Origin: Paraspadella gotoi
Lineage: Eukaryota > Animalia > Chaetognatha
Length of the DNA stretch: 20,059 nt
Direction of reading: 5' to 3'
NCBI GenBank assembly: GCA_051294375.1
Contig: JBJCIZ010000825.1
Span: 1 to 20,059, forward strand
Positions within the stretch are counted from its first letter, which is position 1. Each line of letters starts with the position of its first letter. The notes beneath the pieces were generated by a model. It did no database searches. It was not told the DNA's origin and saw nothing but the letters and a program-made list of their open reading frames with translations. Below are positions 11,081-17,581 of this stretch, in pieces. Both the position numbers and the translations under genes were made by a program.

Positions 11081-12705
11081 CAAACTCTGACAAGACGAGA
11101 AAGTGTAGAAAAAACTTTATCAATTCTTGTTTTCCCGCCTTTTGAAAAGGATGACGAAGAAGGGAATAATGTGAGGGCAGGTGTTTTGAAATGAATTATT
11201 AAGAAGTTACGAGGTTGTGAAGAAAATGAGAAAAGGGAACAGTGGAAAGAAAAGAGCAGAGAGAAAAAATAAAGATAAAGATAAAAGAGAAAATTCAAAA
11301 TAAAAAGCGAAGAAGAGAGGAGAAAAGAAGAAAGTCTGTGGAAAAGGAAAAAGACGCATAGAGAACATAATAAAGACAAGACGAAGACAGCAAGAAGCCA
11401 ATAAGAAGGAAGAAGAAACAGAAAAGTGCCGAAAAAGAAATAGGAAAAGAGAAAATATAAAAAGAAAAGGAATAGGAAGAAGAAAAAGAAGGATAAAGGG
11501 AGAAGACGAAGAAGAAGAAAAAAAGCATGATGGCGCGCTGGGCCAAATAAGTCAGAGAAAAGAAGAAACCACGTGGCTGCGCCAATACATGTAAATAACT
11601 ATCCAAGGGCCTAAACTGAACTGTTACTGCGGCCTAATAGCGTTTTGTACTTTTAAAATATCTTATTAACATCAAACATGTTATTTGTGTTTCGATATAT
11701 GATACTGAAGATTGTACAACCAATATTTAAAAATTATCCATTCATTTAATAAATAAGCTATTTGCCCCTGACTTTGGACAGGCTTTGGTGGTTTTAAGGC
11801 CTCCATCACTCTTACAGATAATGACATAGCAGGTCCTGCCAGCTTTCATCAAGACTCTCTCACAGTCTTGTTTAATTTTCACTCCCAGGAATAAACCTGG
11901 CTTCCCTTATCCCCATCCCAATATGATTTAAATGCTTTCATCTAGACATAGAAATAGAAATAGAATAAAATAAAATAGAAATAAGAAAAAATATTTTACA
12001 AATATAATATAATAATTTTCCATGTGTTGAAGAGCAGGGGCAAGTGAAGATCTAGTTCTATTTTTGAATGTTCCTTTGTTTTACAAAAAGCTTCCTTTTC
12101 TTTTTAAAGCCTGTCTAGTAGAATAGGCTAAAAAATTACAAAAAACAATTAAGGGACTTCTTGATTGTTATTTTGTTTTTCAAAAAGCTCTTTTGTTTGT
12201 AGCCATCTGGTATTAAGACTAAAACAGGCAAAATTTGTTATTTTTTGATTTGAAGACAGAGGCAAATTTCTATAGAAAGTTAAAGGGAAAATGATCCATG
12301 GTAGAGAAGTTATAAGAGACAAATCTTTTAGAGAAAGAAAAGTTAAATAGAACAAAAATTTAAAAATTGAAAAAAAAAAGAAACTTAAAATGAGAATGCG
12401 TACATTTCAGGGAATAAGTAAATCACTAAGTGATTACATAAGAAAAAGATAGAATCAGCATGAAAATGAACTAAGGAAGAAAAAGGAAGGTAATTAAAAG
12501 AAAGAAAAGGGAAAGATAGGGATAGAAAGAGGTAAGAAAGAAGAGAAAGAGAGAAGAAAAGAAAGGAAAGGAAAGGAGACCCCTCACGCAGTCACGAGTA
12601 GTGGTGAAGAGCCAATACGTCCTTCTCTGAATATACAAAATAATTACTTCACAAGGTTTTCACTCTCGTTTCTCTCCATTATGATAAACACATTTATATG
12701 CAGCT

Positions 12706-12707
<2 letters not shown>

Positions 12708-12788
<81 letters not shown>

Positions 12789-12789
12789 A

Positions 12790-12822
<33 letters not shown>

Positions 12823-13051
12823 TCTCTCTCCTCCTCTCTCTCCCTTCCCTCCCTCCTCTCCCCCTAGATAAATAGCTTACTAAAAAAGTTTATGGGAAAA
12901 GAATAAGTTGTCAGGAAAGAATTTTACGAATGAGATTGATAAATAATAAATAATAAATTATGTTTCATCGCAAAAATAATATAAATACTGAATCATAATG
13001 TTTATTGTTTATTACGCATCCAGCTCTTTTAGAGAGAGAAGAGAGAGAGAT

Positions 13052-13090
<39 letters not shown>

Positions 13091-13312
13091 TGAGAGAGAG
13101 AAGCGAAGAGAGGAGAGAAAGCAGAGAAATAGAGAAGAGAAAGAGAGAGGGACGAGATGTAGAGAGAGAGAAGTGAGAGAGAGAGACGGAGAGCATGAGA
13201 GAGAGAGCGAGGGAGGAGAGGAGAGGGAAGAGAAAGGAGAGAAAGGAAGAGAGAAAGAGGAAGAGAGAAGAGAGAGGGAGATGAGAGAAGAGAGATAGAG
13301 AGAGAGAGAGGA
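12708..13312. repeat. (CT)n tract 12708-12865 and (GA)n tract 13031-13312
   Basis: Read directly. Similar CT/GA tracts at 11-66, 1789-1938, 2981-3067, 7150-7265, 9126-9256. Confidence 0.9.
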
Positions 13313-13782
13313 GGCCCAGCAATATTTTTTAAAAAGTTTTAAATATCATAAAAAGTTTCCAAGAGTTCAAAATCGACGTCGTCGTGACTCAATTGATCAG
13401 TGACACGGGCGGCGCTCCGACAGCCACTGGGCCTTTCATTGCCTTGACCTCTCGCGACGCCTTGACCCTCTTCTCTGCCACTTGAGGTCGTCATAGGCAA
13501 CGATCATGCGCCGGTCCGATTTAAAAAATAGAAATCCGATCGAGGAGAATCCGCCACACACAGGGCGAGCACACACACAAACAGGGCGATGGTCAACTTT
13601 TTTACTCGTTTAATATTTTATTCGTGTGAAGACAAAACAATTTTTAAACTGATTATTATGATATCAGGGTAAACTTATTCTTGAGAAACTTATAACTTGA
13701 TTTATTTTTTTTTAGCCAGAAGATATCATTTCTTAAAATTATCTTATATAATATTAAATTATAATCTAATTTAATTTTGAAC

Positions 13783-14075
13783 AGTGGCTAGGGCTAATTG
13801 ATATGCAGACATCGTTTCCTCAGTTGTGGCCTCCATTGTGAAGCTTTCATGTACTGGATCGATCCCACCTGCTTCCTACATTACGGGAAGAGTGTACGGA
13901 CGACTTACCACGGCTTGGTTTTCGGGCTTGGTAAACCCCACCAAGCTTAGTTACCGAGCCCGGTCTCCGTTCCATCATCGACGAGGGGGGGAGGAAATAA
14001 GATGGCCGCCCTTTATCGGATAGAAGCCTTCAATCAACTCAGAGCCTTATTCTCGAGGTCCTAGTTTAGATGAAG
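13783..14075 (+). mobile_element. Possible SINE (GC-richer structured island in AT-rich DNA)
   Basis: Degenerate A-box-like start ~13785, B-box-like GGATCGATCCC 13856-13866, several hairpins, sharp composition boundaries. Confidence 0.4.
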
Positions 14076-14504
14076 TGTTAGTATAAAATTGCAAATTTGC
14101 TCTTTTTACATCTATATTTTTTTAGATTTAAAATAACTAGTATATATGATTTTATATACTTGTTAAAGATAATAGTTTTTGTGTTGATATTTAAATTATA
14201 ATATTATTTATCAATGTTTGGCGGGCAACGTTAGTGATTGGTCTTCTGAAAAAATTAAAGGGTTGCATCTACCCAACACAAGGTTTAAATTACTTTCTGT
14301 TCCAGTTTGGCCAATCTCTTTCTCTTCAGTTTTTCTTCGCTGAGCTTCACTCTATACTCGATAATCCATTAAATTAGAACCAAATTCCTATAGTCGATTC
14401 CCAAACCTTTTTTCATAATATTTTTTAAATTTTTGGATAGAGAATGACTGGAAAATTGTAAATCTTAAGTTATGTCTAAATTTTGTCATGGTTTTAGAGA
14501 AATC

Positions 14505-14827
14505 GACCAAAAACAACCAAAAATTCTCTCCTTTTTTCACATTCTCGCCTTTTAAGATTTCGCCGATTCTGACCTCTTACAAACTTTATAATTCCTAGGA
14601 AGCCGCTATAGAAAAAGAAAAGCCAGTGACTTTTTTCTTATTTTTTTATATGATTAAGATGTGAATTACGGGAATTATGTAATCTCAAGTTTCGCTTTAA
14701 TCGACCTCACATTGTGGAGAAATATTAAGAGGACCCATCAAAAATTTCACCCCTTTTTTTCAACAATCTCGCCTTTTAAGATTTTCGCTGTTCTTGACTT
14801 CCTCTTACAAACTTATAATTCGCTAGT
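14505..14827. repeat. Diverged ~100-bp direct repeat pair ~225 bp apart
   Basis: aaaaatt..ccttttttc..tctcgccttttaagatttcgc..cctcttacaaactt(t)ataattc at ~14518-14597 and ~14740-14825. Confidence 0.75.
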
Positions 14828-14900
14828 TAATTTTTTTTCTAAAACGAGCGCAAGGGTATCCACACGAGCGAGCGAGCTATTTAAAATTCATAAATAAACT

Positions 14901-14976
14901 CATCCGCTCCGTGGATTCGAACCCGGGCTCGGAGTTTCTGGGACGCGTCGATCACCGATCTAAGCCATCCAGGAGG
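14901..14976 (-). mobile_element. tRNA-derived SINE head or tRNA pseudogene
   Basis: Minus strand: A box TGGCTTAGATCGG (14967-14955), B box GGTTCGAATCC (14923-14913), 31 nt apart; T-arm nearly intact; acceptor and anticodon stems do not pair properly. Confidence 0.65.
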
Positions 14977-15494
14977 CCACAAACTCAGAGCTCAAATTTC
15001 CCTCACTTTAAAGCTTTAACAAAACAGAGACTTTTGTTTTCGAATTAAAACAAAGACGTTCACCAGTAGATGTCTCACTTATTTGGAATTTTGTTTATTG
15101 ATTGCCTTCTTTACTGATTGTTATCATGAAGTGATTCAGACTTGTTTTTTGACCAACATGAATAAACATGCTTTACAATTATTCACCTTGTTTTTACTCT
15201 ATTCTACAAATGTAGTTAATACATTGCAAATGAGAAAACTTTTATCTGTGAATAAATTCTTTTGTTTTATAAACAATTCGACATCAATCAATAAAATCAA
15301 TTCAAGTCATTAATCAATCTGAATTAACTCTGCACCTTCCCTGCGATGCCAAGACTCTCGTCACTAAACGCCATCTTAGGACTGCAAGCGTTGCAGTTTG
15401 ACAAGTCGGTCGCGTTTTGTTGTTTATTTTTTTTTTTTTTTTGCGTTTGTTGTTGCTTCTTCATCTCAGCGGCCCTCTTACACCTTGCCACACT

Positions 15495-15512
15495 TGGTAA
15501 GACCGACGTTGA
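15495..15512 (+). promoter_or_regulatory. Putative primer-binding site
   Basis: TGGTAAGACCGACGTTGA, 2 nt after CCACA and ~200 nt before the gag ATG; partial resemblance to the tRNA-Trp PBS TGGTGACCCCGACGTGAT. Confidence 0.55.
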
Positions 15513-15692
15513 ACGCCAACCAACCTTCGAACGGGACAAAGGCGAAGAAAAACCTTTTCTGAGGTAAGATTTGGGTGAGAGATCGGAAAATTAAGCGAAA
15601 TCTCCCAAATTCGCTCACACTTTTCCATTTTTGTCCCTATTTCCAAACTTCCCACGCTGTCGTACCCAATTCATATCGAGGGGAACGACCAG

Positions 15693-16769
15693 ATGAGCGG
15701 CCCAGAGCACCAGTACCGTCTTCGATCTCAACGTAGCGCCGACNNNNNNNNNNTGGGAACAACGTCACTTCACGTGCCTATAGGTTTCGGAAGAGGCACA
15801 CGTTCAAGATCAACGTCTCCGATATACTCCGACGCTGCACAAACATTCAACTTTAGAAACATCGACGCCGCAAACTTCGAAAACGCCGANNNNNNNNNNG
15901 GCGGCGCCGACGACAGAGAACTACGCAGCGAAAATGAAGAACTTCGCGCAGCATTGGCCGCAGCGACTCGAGCCCTCGAAAGAGCCGCCAATAAAAAACC
16001 GGATCTCCCGGATTTCGATACGTCAAATATCGAGATCTGGATTAGAAGAGTCGAGGCGGCCTACACGCGCGCAGGCATCTCAGCTCCAAAGAGCAAATTC
16101 GCACATCTGGAGTCGAAAATCGCCGTCAAGGTTGATCCGACGATTAACCAATACCTCTATGGCGAAACAACGGAGGCGACATGGAACCAGTTCCTGCAAT
16201 ATCTCAGGAAGGAGTACGGCTTCTCCCGCCGCCAGCAGGCGGCCTACCTCCTCGACTCGATCGACGTCGACGGCTTAAAACCGTCGAAAATGCTTGCAAA
16301 ACTCGAAGAAAAAACTAAGACGATTTCCCTCGACGATATACGCAAGGAAAAAATTCTAAGGGAACTACCAACGGAGATACGTCGACAACTCGAAGAGAAA
16401 GCGGAGGAGTTATCCGCCGGCGATCTCTGTCAACTCGCCGACCGTCACTTCGACAGCGAGGGCAATCTGAAACTCCGCCAATCCGCATCGCTCGTCAACA
16501 ACGTCAACAGAATCGACATCGACGACGACGACGACGATGAGGACGACGATAACGCGATTAACGCCCTCGGCTCTTTCCAGAGAAAAAATGCTAAAGGGAA
16601 AAGACGCCAGAACCAGTCGAAAGGCAAACCAAAAGCGAAACTCGTCACTCTCTGCTCTAAACACATCAAATTCGGCGAAGAAGCCTGGTCGTGTGAGCCA
16701 GGCTGCTCGAAATTCGACGAATCCCAAAAGAAGCGAGAGGGAAACGGGAAGGGGGGACGCCGGCGGTGA
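15693..16769 (+). CDS. gag: Gypsy Gag protein (DUF7041-like N-terminal domain, C-terminal Cys/His motif)
   Basis: 358-aa ORF spanning two 10-nt N runs; LPDFDTSNIEIWIRRVEAAY...KF capsid-like motif; acidic tract; CSKHIKFGEEAWSCEPGC at 16653-16706; directly upstream of pol. Confidence 0.88.
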   Translation: MSGPEHQYRLRSQRSADXXXXGTTSLHVPIGFGRGTRSRSTSPIYSDAAQTFNFRNIDAANFENAXXXXGGADDRELRSENEELRAALAAATRALERAANKKPDLPDFDTSNIEIWIRRVEAAYTRAGISAPKSKFAHLESKIAVKVDPTINQYLYGETTEATWNQFLQYLRKEYGFSRRQQAAYLLDSIDVDGLKPSKMLAKLEEKTKTISLDDIRKEKILRELPTEIRRQLEEKAEELSAGDLCQLADRHFDSEGNLKLRQSASLVNNVNRIDIDDDDDDEDDDNAINALGSFQRKNAKGKRRQNQSKGKPKAKLVTLCSKHIKFGEEAWSCEPGCSKFDESQKKREGNGKGGRRR

Positions 16770-16781
16770 ACGCCGTTCCCC
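16739..16781 (+). promoter_or_regulatory. Programmed -1 ribosomal frameshift signal (gag-pol)
   Basis: G GGA AAC heptamer at 16739-16745 in gag frame; pol is in the -1 frame; GC-rich hairpin GGGGGA-CGC-CGGCG/gtgaa/CGCCG-TTCCCC begins ~6 nt downstream. Confidence 0.8.
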
Positions 16782-17581
16782 AAAAACATTCACAATCACC
16801 AGCGACAAACGACCTCCTCCACATCAGAGACACGGAGAGCAGGATAAAGTGGCTGGTAGATGGTGGCGCATTTCTTTCAATAATACCTCCGACACGAGAA
16901 CAGCGAAAAAAAGGGCCGAGCGTCGACATGAAACTACAGGCGGCCAACGGATCGCCTATAAGCTGCTACGGAACTGTAGATAAAACTGTAACGCTAGGAA
17001 AACGTCGATTTAATTATGAATTCGTAGTAGCTGATGTCACCCAGCACATACTCGGCGCAGATTTTCTGGCCGAAAATTTTCTCGCGCCAAACCATCGTGA
17101 TGGTCTATTGATGGATTTGCAAGACTATTCAACCATAGCTGCATCGATCTCCTCTGAAACCACAACTCACGTGAACTTCGTGGATAGGAAGGGAGAAAAA
17201 TACTATAAGCTCCTGGAATCTTTTCCTTCGCTATCAACTCCTACATTCGAACTAAAGGAGCCCAAACATGGAGTGACACACTCCATTCCCACTGAAGGTC
17301 GACCCTGCCAGTCGAGAGCGCGTCGACTGGATCCAGAGAAACTGGCAGTGGCGAAGAAGGAACTAGAGAAGATGGTCTCACTAGGAATAGCCAAACGTGG
17401 TAAATCTGAGTGGTCCTCGCCCCTCCACGTGGTATCAAAGCCGGACGGCGGGTGGCGTTGTTGCGGCGATTATCGCCGCCTCAACGCCCAAACAATTGAT
17501 GACGCTATCCAGTTAAATTGCTTACTGATTTCAACGCTCAACTGGAGGGTAAATCGATCTTTTCAAAGATCGATTTACTGA
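16766..17581 (+). CDS. pol: Pol segment: retropepsin-like aspartic protease and RT N-terminus
   Basis: WLVDGGAFLSIIPP, LQAANGSPI, HILGADFL; then SEWSSPLHVVSKPDGGWRCCGDYRRLN. True frame is lost at ~17504. Confidence 0.9.
   Translation: MNAVPQKHSQSPATNDLLHIRDTESRIKWLVDGGAFLSIIPPTREQRKKGPSVDMKLQAANGSPISCYGTVDKTVTLGKRRFNYEFVVADVTQHILGADFLAENFLAPNHRDGLLMDLQDYSTIAASISSETTTHVNFVDRKGEKYYKLLESFPSLSTPTFELKEPKHGVTHSIPTEGRPCQSRARRLDPEKLAVAKKELEKMVSLGIAKRGKSEWSSPLHVVSKPDGGWRCCGDYRRLNAQTIDDAIQLNCLLISTLNWRVNRSFQRSIY

Noticed and set aside
2-13322. Many 60-213-aa ORFs rich in Ser/Leu/Pro/Phe or Arg/Glu/Lys
   Set aside because: Translations of (CT)n/(GA)n, (GAC)n and AT-rich tracts that lack stops by composition; no recognisable domains.
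13905-13965. HDV-like ribozyme or telomerase RNA pseudoknot
   Set aside because: No P3/P1.1/P4 elements, and no CCCTAA/CCTAA template upstream.
14901-14976. Functional tRNA gene
   Set aside because: Acceptor stem pairs in only ~3 positions, no proper anticodon stem, extra base in the T-stem.
13824-14982. TIR element bounded by TTGTGGCCTCC / GGAGGCCACAA
   Set aside because: Only 11 bp, the left copy is internal to a SINE-like island, and no TSD is evident.
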